From Rhynchopus sp. YZ270_cl-10 (Eukaryota), in contig OZ037835.1 of the NCBI GenBank assembly GCA_964035575.1, positions 62,001 through 126,000 on the forward strand: a stretch of 64,000 nucleotides of DNA, in the 5' to 3' direction. The notes beneath the pieces were generated by a model. It was not told the origin of the DNA. It ran no database searches and saw only the letters and a program-made list of their open reading frames with translations. Position numbers and translations under genes: made by a program. Position 1 is the first letter of the stretch. Every line of letters starts with the position of its first letter. Positions 1-13,500 of the stretch are shown one piece after another.

Positions 1-2600
1 CTCCTCCAAAGCAGGGTCCAAGCCCGCCCCTTGAGCAGCTCGGTACACCGAATCCCGCAAGGCGTTGTGGCGGGCGACGCGGTGTTTGGAGTAGGGGCAG
101 CCAAAGGTGTGGTCGCCAAAGGAGTCCATGACAACCCTTTTCTGCCCCCCCTGACATGCCGAGCAAGTCGTTCCCTCCGCATGGATGGCCACCCCTAGTC
201 GGAAACGGGTCACAACCGCAAAATCCGCTGAAGACATCTGGTTCCTTGCTGAGGGTGTCGCCGTGAGGTACGTCCCGGAAAGCGGCAGGAGAAGGGACTT
301 CATCCGTGCTCGGTCTCGCATGCAGAGCTGTTGCATCAACTTGTCTGCCTGGGCGTCAATCACCGCAGATGACAGACTCTGCTGCTCCAGGATCTTCTTC
401 GGCTGGGCCCTGTCCACGTGAAACGCCACCGGTACCCTGGAGTTGTACTCCTCAGCCGCGCTGTTCCATCTCTCCTCATCCCAGGTGAAGGCAGGGTCCA
501 AGGCCTGCGACAGTTGCAGGTTCCCTGACTGAGAGGCGAGGGACGCAGCTGTCCGATGGTCCACGGTGCGACGGATACCCAGCCCCCCAAGCGCCACAGG
601 AAGCGCCGCCTGCGCCCTTGCCAACTCCGGCAGCGCCCCATCCGGGTCATGCAGAAGCGCAGCCAGGCACCTGTCGATCAGGTCGTCAAAGGCCGTCAGG
701 TACTCCGCGCACTGTGGGATCCCCCGCATGTAGAACACCATGCGGCAGTAGCCTTCGCAGTATCTCAGTACGTAGAAGGCTGCCTGGGAGTCCCCGAGGT
801 CCACAAGGGCTTCCAGGTTGCGGCGGGAATCGTCCACCTTCTGGGCCATGTACTCCTCGCAGAAAGCCGCAGACCCAATGGGGATGCCCAAGAAGTCGAA
901 CCCATCCACATCCAACAGCCGGAACCCGCCTTCACCCATGGCGTCCTGTCCACCCTCGTTCAACGTGAACCCCACGGCCTCGAGATCCTCCTTGGAGACG
1001 CCACCAGTGGAGATGAGCTCACACTTGTTCGCGTTCACCTCCAACCCCAGTTCGGAACTACGAGTGCACAGAACCTGGTACGCCTCAAAAACCGCCTTAG
1101 GGGACCCCCGCAGAGAGCCGTCATCGAGGTACCACAAAGTCCCATCCAGGCCTGGGTGCCCCTTCAGCTCTAGCGCCATCTGGTGGATGGTCAGGGAGAA
1201 GAGAAGCGGGCCCAAGGGATCTCCTTGTTGAGCTCCGCGCTGTGACCTTATGGTATCTCCACCATAATACAGGCTGGAGGGCTCCAGGTAACACCATCGC
1301 ACCCATGGGGCCAGCTCGGGGAGGTTCGCGTCGACCGCTCTTAGCATCGACAGGCGGTCTACGCAGTTGAACGCGTTACGGTAGTCAATTTTCAAAATGA
1401 CTTTACCTTTTCCGCGGTTGCGCACGGCGTACTGCGAGATAACATCAGTCGCCACTGCCGCCCCCCTTGCCGTTGCCACCCCCACCTGGTTCCCTCGAAG
1501 AAGAAGCGTCCTAGCAGGCACCCGCACTCGCGCCGACAGAATCTTTCCCACCAGTCTGCGGAGAGTGTCCCCAACCGCAATCGGTCGCACGTCCTCCTCC
1601 AGGCCCGGCCCCTTTGCAGGCTTCCGGAGAGCCACCAAGTTAGCGCCGGCGAAGAACTCAGCCACCTCCACTGGAGCATTTCCTCGTGCCAAAGACGTCA
1701 ACACTGCGGCCAGCGCTGCCAAAGTGCCCTTAGCCCGCCTCTGTAGGCAAAGTGTACGAAGGTGCGCGCCCGTCACGTTCGAGGGACCCGCCGCCGATGA
1801 CTTCGGCATGCTCCGCAGGGCCTTCATCACCTCCACCACTGTCACCGGTGGGACCTCCTGAGGCTGGGGCCAATCCGCCTGCTCCAGGGCCTTGGAGTCG
1901 GCAGCGGCTGGGTGCTTCGTCTGAAGCTTTTCCAGCGTCGCCGGTGTCTGTGGGGCGAGGCCGTCGCTGGTAGCGCAAGACATGGCCTGGCTCGGGAGTC
2001 CTGCTCTCGCTTTGGCGATGGTGCGCTTCCGTCTCCCTTCGTCAGTGTCCTCATCCGACCACCCAGAGGGCCTTGGCTTCCGCTCCTCTACCGTTTGCTC
2101 CCACAGGGCGACATACTGGCCAGCCTTCCAAGCCTCCAAGTCCTTCCCCCAAGTGCTCGTCAAACGTCGCTCCTGGTCCTTGCCCCCTCGTTCTGTCCGT
2201 GTCCGGTGCAACACAGTGAAGAACAGTGCAAGGCGCTTCCAGGCCACCTCGTCTTGGTACTCAAGGATGTCCATAAGAACCCTCAGGAAGAGCTCGCTGT
2301 ACAGCTGCAGGTGTTTGTCTGGGCACCCGCCCTTCAGCTGGATCCTGGTGGTCCCCATGACTTCAAAGGAGGGGAGGTCATCCTGATCTGTCAGCATTCC
2401 TCGACTGGAGGGAGACGGAGCGGTGAAGCCTTCTTCGCCAAAGTGCACCGTACAGGTGTTGCAGACCTCCTTGCTCTGCGGCAATAGCATGTCGCACTGA
2501 TCGTTCGCACAGCGCGACATGCCCAAGTGGCCCAACAGCTCGTCGGGGATGTACGCTCCATCCGCCTGGTGGCGACGCATGTGCTGCAGCAAGCCCTTAC

Positions 2601-2603
<3 letters not shown>
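1..2603 (-). mobile_element. CRE-like non-LTR retrotransposon family 1, partial copy (RT and RLE-proximal region), runs off the window edge
   Basis: Matches 20418-23020 of the intact copy (offset 20417) with only a handful of substitutions. Ends abruptly at the poly(T) tail of the family-2 element. Confidence 0.95.
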
Positions 2604-2638
<35 letters not shown>

Positions 2639-2646
2639 CCCGGTGG

Positions 2647-3376
2647 CAGGGCGTTCGCTATCGCCATCGTTTTTTCCTGATCGTGGCGAAATGCCAAAAA
2701 ACCCGAAATTTTTGCTTTTTTACTAGTGCTTAAAATAGGTCAAAAAAAATTTTCCCGCCGGAGAGAAGCTAGTTCGTGGGGGTGAATCCCCGGTACTGAG
2801 TGGTCGAAAAAAAATTGCGATTTGCGCGTGATCCCTTCCCCAGCACTAAAACCAGCAAAACGATGGAGAATTTCATCAATCCCCCCCTCACTGAGGGTCT
2901 CTTTGTGCTGTTTAATCAAACAGATGTACAAGAGAGAGGCATCTGTCATATGAGACTTCATCCTTAGTTTGATTATTTTCAATCAACTAAAACGTCTCTC
3001 TGCCGTTGAAGGTAGAGTTGACACGAGTAGTGACACCTTCTATAACAGGGGGTACGGGACACCTTCAGCAGACTGCAGGATTGAGGAGCGAGCGGGAGTG
3101 CTGGGGAAACTTACTTTCACGGCAGGCGGGTTTGCGGATGATTTTGAGTACAGTGGACACCCCCTCTGCGACCCCCCCTCCGGGGGGGTCGACAGGTTGG
3201 GGGGGAGAAATCTCTCTCTCATTTTTTTTTTCCCCCCCTTTTTTTATTTATTTATTTATTTATACAGGGTTTCGCCCCGGTGGGGCGAAGCCCTGGGGCG
3301 AAATAAAATGTCATTTTTTCAGGAAAAGATTTTTTTAACGAAAAAAAATATTTTTCGCCCCGGGGCGAACGCCCTG
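2647..3376. mobile_element. Non-autonomous hAT-like DNA transposon (MITE, 730 bp)
   Basis: 12 bp TIR CAGGGCGTTCGC...GCGAACGCCCTG and 8 bp TSD CCCGGTGG (2639-2646, 3377-3384). The empty site is visible at 43478. Confidence 0.9.
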
Positions 3377-4406
3377 CCCGGTGGTCCGGGTTTTGAGTGT
3401 TTTTAGTGTTTTCTTTTTCCCTGAGAGGGTTGGGGGGAGGTGATCAGGGGTCTCAGGGACCTCGAATCAAAACAGAGGTGTCTTGACAAAAAAGGCTCAA
3501 AGGTGCAGAGGTCTGTTTAGCCTTACAGCAAATCCTTTAAAAAGGAAAGGCCTTGAGACATAACATAAGAGGGTTTTGAGACAGACAGAGGGGCTCAACA
3601 AATAAGACCTTCCAGGACCCAAGTTTTTTCTAGCCCACAGCAACATAGGTAGAAAGAACATGAGAGGAAGAAGGGACTTACCTGCATGTGAGATGAAGAG
3701 GGAAATAGGCAGAGGAGAAGGAGGGGCTTTTGCACTTCAGGGGTTCTTGATGGTCAGGGCTGGGTTTCTTCTAGGTGGAGATTCCCATGGGTAGACCGAA
3801 AAGAGAGAGAGTAGGTTGAAGTGGAAAAGTTTGGGAGGACAATAAAGACAATAAAGACAATAAAGACAATGTAAAACAGTTGAAAAACAATGACAATAAC
3901 ATACAGACAGACCAAGTGATGACCTCCCATGCCTCAGGGGCAAGGATGTTCAGCTGGTTCTGGATTAGTTTCCTGAATCTGGAGGGGGGGTGAGCGAATC
4001 ATACAACCCTTCAGTATGGAAACGGAGTCTTGGGCAGGCCTGTGAAAAAGAGGAATAATGGAACAAAAGGACAAAGGTAGACAATATTAACAAGGGGGTG
4101 AATAAAATAAAATATAGAAAATATTAACAAACTAGACAAGGGGGTGAGGGGTGTGGATTAAAAATGGGGGTTGTGTTTTTGAATTTTCTGTACAAAATTG
4201 GATCTGTGCACAGGGGGCATTACCCCTCTAACAGCAAGGGTAAAGTTGAAAATAAAGGAAAGGAAAGTGCTTCTTTGAGGCACTATGACACTTTGACAAT
4301 CTATTTTTTGAAAGTAAAGTAAAAAGAAGTGCATCCTGGTGGCACTTTGACACTGGCAGACATTCTATTCTATTGTGTCTACTGTTTCTATTCTAAATTC
4401 TAAAAC

Positions 4407-4434
4407 ACTGGCTGGGCGACCTCCTGGGAACACC
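4407..4434 (+). other. 5S rRNA-like (box C region) fragment inside the family-2 3' UTR
   Basis: ACTGGCTGGGCGACCTCCTGGGAACACC resembles the conserved eukaryotic 5S segment (ACT..GG.TGGG.GACC.CCTGGGAA.ACC). The rest of the 5S sequence is absent. Confidence 0.5.
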
Positions 4435-4566
4435 TCACACAAAAATCAAAATGATAAATGACAAAATAAAAATGGGGAAAACCACGTTTTCGTACACATA
4501 TTCTTTGCTTTGCTTTGCATTGTTTTGGTTTGCTTAGTTTGGTGTTGTTTTCTTTGTATCTCTTGT

Positions 4567-7500
4567 TTATTGAAAGTCCTCATCAACCGCGTCGACATCG
4601 ATGGAGCAAGCCGCAGCACAGGAAGTGGCAGACGGGTGGGCGGAGGGTGCGGTGTGGCCACTTCCTGTCTGGGCGTTCATTGCTGCTGGTGCGGTGGAGG
4701 AGTCAGAGGTGGACTGTGCGGCGGCGATGGGGGACTCGTCATCGCTCTCCATCATCACCTCTGCGGCAGTGTAGCGTCGTCCGAAGGGGGATGTGGGCTC
4801 AGCAGAACAGGAAGTGGCAGACTGGTGGGCGGAGGGTGCTGTGTGGCCACTTCCTGTCTGCGATGTTGTAGTGGGTGCCGTGGTGGAATCGACCCCATCT
4901 GGGTCTCGCCCTCGAGATCCTGGATCCAAAGCCAGCGTCACCGTCACCGTAGGGTCCCAAAGATTCGCCCTATCCCGAAAGCTCGTGTCGCCCATTGCCC
5001 TGTTGAGGCAATCCAGTGTGGACCGGATCTTCTTCTGTGCCGCCTCGGGAGCCTCCCAATTCAACGCCTTCCAGGTGTGGAGCCATTCCCGATAGGCCCA
5101 AAAGCACGCCACTGTGCCTAGCCGCGTATCCACCGCCCCTTGCCTGTGGTGGAATGCCTCCACCCACTGCTGGACGTTCCGCATCACCGGCTGCCCCATT
5201 GACAGGCAGGGGTAGCAACCCCCTTTCGACACCTGGTACCCCCACTGCAGCTTCCGCGCGATCTCCTCCACCCTCTGCCGCGCTTCGCCCTCCACATCAT
5301 CTAGGCGGAAGGAGTCCGGCGGGGTCTCAGCGTCCGTCGGGTTCTCGACCGCGGGGGTGGCCTGCCTGGCATTACGCACCCTGTTCTCCCGTCCTGTCGT
5401 CACCCTGGCCTGGGAGACCCCCTTCCTACGATTCTGTGTGTCTACGAGCTCGATACCCTGCTTCGCGGTTCCCGGCTTCTTGTCCTCCCCTGTGGACGGT
5501 GCAGATCGCGGCAGGAAGGCCTGAGCTAAGAGACAAGACGCAGTGCGAAGCTTGGAGAAAGCCATGTCCTCCTCATCCCTCAAATCGCCATGCGAGCGTT
5601 CAGCGTCCCTCAGCAGCAAAAGACACCGCTCAGACGTGGCGTGCAGGAGGATGGTCTCCCGTCCCTGTATGGACTCTTCGTTGCCGATGTTGCGGCGCCC
5701 CTCAGCCTCCTGTTCCTCGCACGAGGCAAACCCTAACCGGAACCTCTGACGGCTCTCCTCTCTCCTCTGCGATGCAGTGAGGCTCTGGGCTTGCCTTCGG
5801 TTCAAGGCACCTGCCTTCGTCAGCTCACTCGTCTTCGCCGATCCAGGCTGCGCTCCAGCGGGGCTGCGGACACCCATCGCCTTCTCCTGCATCGTCTCAC
5901 GTCGCTGCTCCGACGATTTGACCTTAGCAGAAACGAAGCGAGATGCACTCTCGGATCTGGCCCGGCGCAAGAGGACCTCCGCAGCCTCCCGTTCCTGCCT
6001 CTGGCGTTCCTCCGACAACCTCCTCCGCTCTGCCGACCGCCGGCGTAACTCTTTCCCCTCCTCTGGTGGGACTTCACCCTCAACCCCACCCTCGAAGCCC
6101 GATTCCCTATCCTCAGGTTCCTCGGCAAAGCGGGGTGGCGTCACCGGCTGGGGAGAAGCGTCAGTCTGGTGCAGGTCTTGCATCGTAGCGCCAGCCTGCT
6201 CCCAATCTCCTTGAGAAGAGGGCGGCATAGGAGGAGTCTCATCAGGGTGTGCAGGGTGACGGACCGGTGTCGCTCCTGTCTGAGTCTGATCCACATCCAT
6301 CTCCTCCTCCTTGACCCCGGCTTGGCGCATCTCAGCCTCATGGCGCTTCACCATCTCAGCTACCTCCAGTTCCTCTTCCCTTTCCCATTGGTCTTTCAGG
6401 GCACCCTCATGAACCCCCGCTCGTACACACCACCAAAGCCGCAGGAGACCCCTCTCAGTTTCATGGAACCGCATAAGGTCACGAACATGGGGAGCACCGT
6501 TGTCAATCGGGTCCTCATTCCCACGCCTGGTCCCTCTGGGCCCGTCTGGCTGGTCATCCATAGGGACCGGGGGCCCAGCACAAGTCACTTGGTCCTGGCT
6601 GACTCGGCACGCCACGCAACAGCTCGTGCAGCAAGTCGTACAGAAATGTGACTCTGCTTCCGCTCCTTCGCTGTGCCCATCGCATCCCCTGCAAATGAAC
6701 GGGCCTGTCGTAGGCTCCCAAAGGCATGTGTCGGCACGTAGAGGCTTCGCTGCGCAGAGGATCTTGACTGCATCGACGTTCAGCGAGAGGGTCTCAAAGT
6801 GCCCGGCGATTACTCCAGTAAAAACCAGTCCCAGGGCTCCGTGGGGGGCACATAGGCGAGGGACATAGATTTTGGGCACGGCGCCCGGGGAGACAAGGAT
6901 TATGGTCATCTCGAGTACCTCACATAAGCCCATGATCATCGTTTCATCCGCCCACGTGGTGTCGTCTCTGCATCCTTCTCGCAATTTCCGTTCCATCCAC
7001 GATCGACGGTCTCCAGTGCGTGCAGCCAGCTTAGCGTCACGAAGAACTTGGGCAACTGCCAGTTTCCGGAGGAGCGATGACGAATGGTAGGGTGTATTCG
7101 GAGCGAAGTTCGCGGCCAAGGCGTCAAACAGGCAGTCACCCACAGTGAAGCTGTTCCTCGTACGCGAGCCAAGAAATTCTGCCTGCCTGTCCACCGCCCA
7201 AGACTTGAAGACATTCATATCTGTCAGAGAGTGGGTCGGGGAGAGGACCAGCTTCTCTAAGTTGTGTAGAAAAGATGAGGCCTCCTGATCGTCCTCCCTC
7301 GGTGTCGCCTGCGGGAATGTGGGTGACCTGGCTCTCTCAGCGCCCTTCATGTGCGTGTCGTGGGAAGTGTGCGGAGTAGGGGACGGAGCCGATGAGCGCA
7401 CGTTACCACTGAGGATGTCAGCTAAGCCGTTCTGAGACGCCGGACAAAAGGGGGAGTCCCTTGAGCACAAATCGCACACCAACCTCTCGCACCCCTCAGC

Positions 7501-10500
7501 ACATTTGAAGTGCGCCTCGCAACCGTCGATGGGGCGAACGCAACGCCTACACTGGTACACCGTCCCCACCGGTGCAGACTGTGCTGCGGGGATACGCTTC
7601 ATCATCGCCACAGACTTGCAGAAACGCTTCGACTTCGGCGCAGGTATCGGTTCCATGCCGAGGATTTCTCCCTTGAGGTGCGAGTCTGTGAAGGAGAGGG
7701 GGCTGAGGAACCAGTCCTGTGAATCGTCATCAACCGGACCTGCGAAAACGAAGAGCGCCTCCCGGGCCCTTTTGGTCGGCACCAGAATTTGGGGACGCAT
7801 GCGATCACAGATGATCACAATGGTGCACTCTAAAGCCTCTCCCGCGCCAGCAAGTGCCACCATATCCATCCAAGTGCGGGCGTCCGATCGGTCGCTGCTC
7901 TTTGTGCCCATGTACTCCAGCCAGTTCTTCACAGGAATGGAGATGCAATCCGCGAGGTCCGGTCGGTCATTTTTTACAATCTCCACAGCACGTCTCCGGA
8001 GTTCCTTATGACTCGTCTCTCCGTTGATGTCTTCAATCAAAAGATCCTTCTTGAGATCCACCGAGCATGCGGTCAGCAGTGCATCGAACCCGCTGTCACC
8101 TCTCAGGATTTTGTAACGCTGGGGGTGTGTGAGCCCCAGTCGTGCAGCCTGCGTCTCTGCGTCAGGGCATGCGCCATCTGCCATCATGCGGAGGATGTTC
8201 CAATACGCAGCAGGTGTCTCCCCCCCGGCCTGACGCCCCGCTCGGAAAGGATTGTGTCGGAAGACCGTTCCACCCACCTTCTTCTCTGGCATTGAGAAGT
8301 AGTCGCGCGGTTCACGCGCTATTTCGGCTTCCTCGACCTCCACAGACGGTTCACGCTCCGGTAAGTTGCTGACAGGGTTGCTGAGGTATGTGGAATCCAT
8401 CTGCCTGAGATCTTCTTCCGCGGGACGCTGAACTGAGTCGGCGCTGTGGGGCAAGTGTTCATTGATGTCTGTGCAAAGCACGCCTCGGGCAACAAAGGAC
8501 TTACCCACGGCTGCTTGGTATGCGCACGACATATGCTCCCGTAGCCTCGCCTCAGTCGGTGCATCGCCGCCAGGGTCCTTTGTGCACGCAAGCCCGGCCA
8601 CCTGGCTGATGACCCGGTTGCACTCTTCCGATGCCCCACCGAAGGCCTCAAACACCATGGGGGAGAAGAGCACGTCCGCACCTCTGCAATCCTCCAGGTG
8701 TTTCTTCCGCTTCTCCTCCCCGGCCACTTTGGCTGCGTACTCGCTATGTTGTGCCGCTCGATGCACGTAAGTGGGGAGGGTCGGAGCTACTACTGTGAAA
8801 TCCAAAGCTCTTCGCCGGGTCTCCATGATGCCAGATGGGAGGAACACGTCTGCCGGCCTCTTCCCAGACTCAAAACCCAAGTCTTTCTCCAAAGAGGGGT
8901 TGAGCCCCGCCGCATCCGCTGCCAAGAAAAAGGAGTGCTTCAGGGCGTCATGCCGTTCGGTTCTGTGACCCATGTAGCCGCAAGAGAAAGTGTGGTCCCC
9001 GAAAGCATCCATGCACACCCCATCTCTGCTACATCCGTTGCACTCACTCTTAGGCTTGTGCACTGCCACACCCAGACGAAATCGGGCTGCCCCCGCGAAG
9101 TATGCAGAGGGGATGGAATTGGGGGGCGAGGGCGTGGCGGTCAGCCAGGTGCCAGACATAGGGAGTTGCAGAGAAAGCAGGCGTGCTCGATCCCGGTCGC
9201 TGGTGGCCACTCGCTTCAGCTCTGCTGCTTGTTCGTCCACGATGGCTGATGACAGCTGCTGTTGCACCACAGCCTTGGAAGGCATCCTATCCCCATCGAT
9301 GTGCTGCGACGCAGGTACTCTGGTGTTGTACGCCTCGGCTGCATTCTTCCACCTTGCCTTGTCCCATTCGAACTTCGGGTCCAGCTGCTGGGCAAGCTTG
9401 AAAGACCCAGCTTGCGATGCCAGGGCTGCAGCGGGCCAATGGTCGACTGTGCGACGAATGCCTAAACCCCCTATGGCGATGGGGAGGGCAGCCTGCAGGC
9501 GGGCCTGTGCTGGCAAGGCCCCGTGCTCATCATGCAGGATCGTCGCCAAACACCTGTCCACCTCCGCATCAAAATCCCGGAGGTAGCCCTCCCCTAGGTC
9601 CACACATGATATTCCACGCATGTAGAATACCATTTTGCAAAATCCCTCACAAAAGCGCAAGATGTAGTACGCATGCTGTGAGTCTTTGAGGTTTCTGAGG
9701 GCGTTCAAGTTCAACTTCGACTTATCTAGCTTGCTCTGCATGTACTTCCTGCAGTGCTCTGCTGTGCCGATGGGGATGCCCAGGAAGTCGAAGTTCTGGT
9801 TGTGGAGGGAGAAGCCGTCGTTGTGCCCGTCAGACGCATCCCGGATGGTGAACCCCCTATTACGCAGATCTTCCGCAGAGTCGCCCGCCAACGTCACAAG
9901 TTCGCATTTTGAACGGTTGACTTTTAGACCAAGGCGGCTGCTCGAATCCACTAGGGCATCGTAAGCGGCCAGGACTGCCTCAGGATCCCCCCGAATGCAA
10001 CCATCGTCCAGGTACCAAATAGACCCGTCGAGGCCCCTGTTCGCGCTCAACCTTTCTGTCATCTCAGCAATCGCCAAAGAGAAGAGGATAGGGCCTAGTG
10101 GGTCACCTTGTTGGACCCCACATTGGGACTCAAGTGTAGCCTCACCATAAAATAGGGAGGTGTGGCCGGCGTAGCACCACCTCACCCACGTGGAGATCTC
10201 AGGGATGTGCCGTTCAACTGCACTGATGAAGGTGGCCCTATCTACAGTGTTGAAAGCATTGTGATAGTCCACCTTCAGGATCACCTTGTCCATCCCCAGG
10301 TACTTCCGTGCATACTGTGCCACCACTGCAGTGGCAGCCTCCGAGCCCCGCGGCGTTTGCCAGAATCTTGCCAATCAACCGGCGAGTCACGTCTCCCACT
10401 GCGATCGGACGCACATCCTCAGGCTTGTCTTTTGAGACCTTCCTGAGGGCTACCAGCTTGGCTCCGGCAAAGAAAGGCGCGACCTCTCGGTGAGCTTTGC

Positions 10501-13500
10501 CTTGTGCCAATGAGGACAACACCTTCGTTAGAGCAGCGAGCGTGCCAGGGGTATGCTTCTGGTTGCACAGGACACGGAGGAGTGATCCTGTCAGGTTTGA
10601 CGGACCACCTGCAGTGGCTCGCGGCATGCTGCTGATTGCTTCCATAACCTCCTTGGTGGTGAAATCGGCGGGCCCAGAGGGGTTCCTCACATTCTCATGC
10701 ATAACCGATCGGATCTCCGTGGGGTGTTTGCCCTTCAGCTTCTCCAGAGTTGCGGGTCCATGTGGTGCGAGTCCGTCACTGGTGAGGGCTGTCAGGGCCT
10801 GGCCCGGAAGTCCCGTTGCTGCCTTCAAACGGGAGCGTTTCTGGCGCGCCTCCAAAGTGTCCCCTGGTGTCCACACAGGCTGGTCCTGTACCTCATCCAA
10901 AGCGTTGGACCAAAGCTCCCCCCAGCTCCCAGCGTCCCACCTATCCAGGTCCTTTTTCCAGGAGTTGAAACAACGTCGATCTGTTACCTTCGTCCTGCGT
11001 CCGTGCGCACGGTCCCTGTGTAAGACAGTGAAGAACAGGGCAAACTTCGTCCAGGCACAAGGGTCCTGATGCACCAGGATCTCCTGCAGTACCCTCTGGA
11101 AGATGAGGGTGTAGCGGTGGGCCAGGTCAGGTGGGCAGGTTCCTTTCAGCTTGAACCGTGTGGTCCCAATCTCCTGCAAAGAGGGCATGCCAGCGGGGCG
11201 GGCGCCGCGGAGGCGGTTGTCTATGGATGGGGCTGGTACCTCTTTCATTATAGCCGAACACGCCTGGCACGCGCTCTGTGAACGTTGTAGGAGGGCCGTG
11301 CACTCGTCTCCGACGCATCTCCTAAAACCGAAGTAGGACAAGATGTGATCTGGAATGTACTCAGCCGCTCTCGTATGGAGCTTCAAATGATTTAGGAGGC
11401 CGGACCGTGTGAACGACTTCACATCTGATTGTGAAACTATGCCACCCTTGCAACCCTCCACTGGGCAAAAGCAGAAGTCCTCCTCCGGTTTACCAAGACA
11501 GGATTCCAGATCCTCACCCGAGGGGTCCGATGTAGACAACGGGCACTGGTCCAGGGCCAAGGGGTTCAGCTTCGCTCTGACCGCTTTCTTCAGCAAGGCC
11601 GACGATATGTCCCGAAAGTCCCTCTCATCTACCGGACGGATAGCCTCGTAGTGGCCATTGCACAGCGCCACGGCTACCGTCGTGCGACCCATCAACTCCT
11701 TGGCGCGCTTTTCCTCGTTCTTTATGTTCCCCTCACCTGGCGCGATCAGGACGATCGGGGTCGCTCCAGCCTGAACGATGACGATGTTGAGGTTGCGCCT
11801 CACCGCGAAGAGACGCAGGGCAAGGTGGTCCAACTTTGCAGATCCTCTGACCCCATCAATCCAACGAGTGAGCGCATCGCCGGACTTGAGGACACTCCTC
11901 ATCGCACGTTCTAGCGTTACCGCCAAGTCGCCGATGTCTTTCCGGTCGGTGGAGTAGGACGGCGGAGCGGAGCGCCAACCCGATGCGTGAATGGCCGCTA
12001 GGCTGCAGTCGTGTACAAAATTATTTGGTACACGTTGGGCATGGGCTTCCCCCAGGATTCTATCCACTTCCAGAGCATGATCTCCGTATGTCGCGGACAG
12101 CGTTGCATCGGCACATCCACCAACTAACTGGTCGTGCGGGATGTATTCCTCAGGGAACTCCCAGTCGTCAACCTCATCGCGCAATCCCCAAGCCCAGTCG
12201 TCGTCACCTTCCACGAACTCATCATCCCATACAGCGACCTCCTCATCACCCACATCCTCTGCCAGGTGAGCAACCTCGTCATCCCAATGGGCGGCCTCCT
12301 CAACTTTCACAAATCGAGGTGTTGGTGGGCGCAGGTCCCAGGGCGTCACCGCTCGCCACAACAGCGACAGCAAGACCAGTAGGGACATCCCGATCCAGAG
12401 TAGCGGGCCATCAGCCTGGATCGCAGATCCGACCAGCGACACCGCAAGCCTCAACAGGCGCCACTCCCTTCGCACTCGGCACAGTGCGCTCAGAAAAAGG
12501 CGTGCAACCGGAGAGGACGGACGAGTGTGCACCTTGCGCCGATGGAGCTTGCCTGCCTGCGTCTTGATCCAGTTCAAGGACCTGTACCCCCGTCGCGTCT
12601 TCCTGGTCCTCCTACGCATCAGCCACAAAATGTAATGACTGAGGGTAGGGGCACGTCTGTCCTTCCACAGATCGAGGACTGCAAACGACACAAACACACC
12701 CCACTCAGGTGCCTCGGCTACCCAGCGGGGGTCTGGTCGGCGAAGAGAAGAAAGGCGTTCCCAGAGGATGCTCCACCAGTCAAACCCAAGCCCATGTTCT
12801 GCACGCCCCATGTGAACATTGGGGGTGAGAACAGTACTCCACATACGCATCGACACACAGCCACCTAAAGTTTCAGGCCCCACAAGGCTGCCCCAGAACA
12901 CCAGCATACCTCCGCTGTCACCATGTGGGCTGTTGTTGGAGTTGCTGCTGTTGTAGTCTCTGAAGGTGTTGCTGTTGTTGCGGTTGCAGCTGCTGCTGTT
13001 GTTGCTGCTGTTGTAGCCTCTGATGGTGTTGCTGCTGGTGTTGCTGCTGGTGCTGCCGCTGGTGCTGCTGTTGTTGCATTTGCTGCTACTGCTGCTGCTA
13101 TCACTGGTGCTGCTGTTGTAGCTGTTACTGCCGTTACTGCTAATGTTGTTGTTGTTGCTGCTGTTGTGGCCTCTGATGGTGTTGCTGCTGGTGCTGCTGC
13201 TGGTGCTGCTGTTGTTGCAGTTGCTGCTGCTGCTGCTGCTATCACTGGTGCTGCTGTTGTTGCTGTTACTGTAGCTACTGCTAAAGTTGCTGTTGATGCT
13301 GCTGTTGTAGCCTCTGATGGTGTTGCTGCCGGTGTTGTTGCTGGTGCTGCTGCTGTTGCGGTTGCTGCTGCTGCTGCTGCTATCGCTGCTGCTGCTGTTG
13401 CTGGGACTGTTGTAATTGTGGCTTCTGCTGTGTTGTACGTCTAAATAGCTGCATACACCCGTATCACATCGCACATCTGGCTCTCCACCTCTACACCAGT

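Noticed and set aside
10238..10374. Programmed frameshift between two family-2 ORFs
   Set aside because: About 19-20 codons including a conserved RT motif are missing and there is no slippery site, so a deletion is the simpler explanation.
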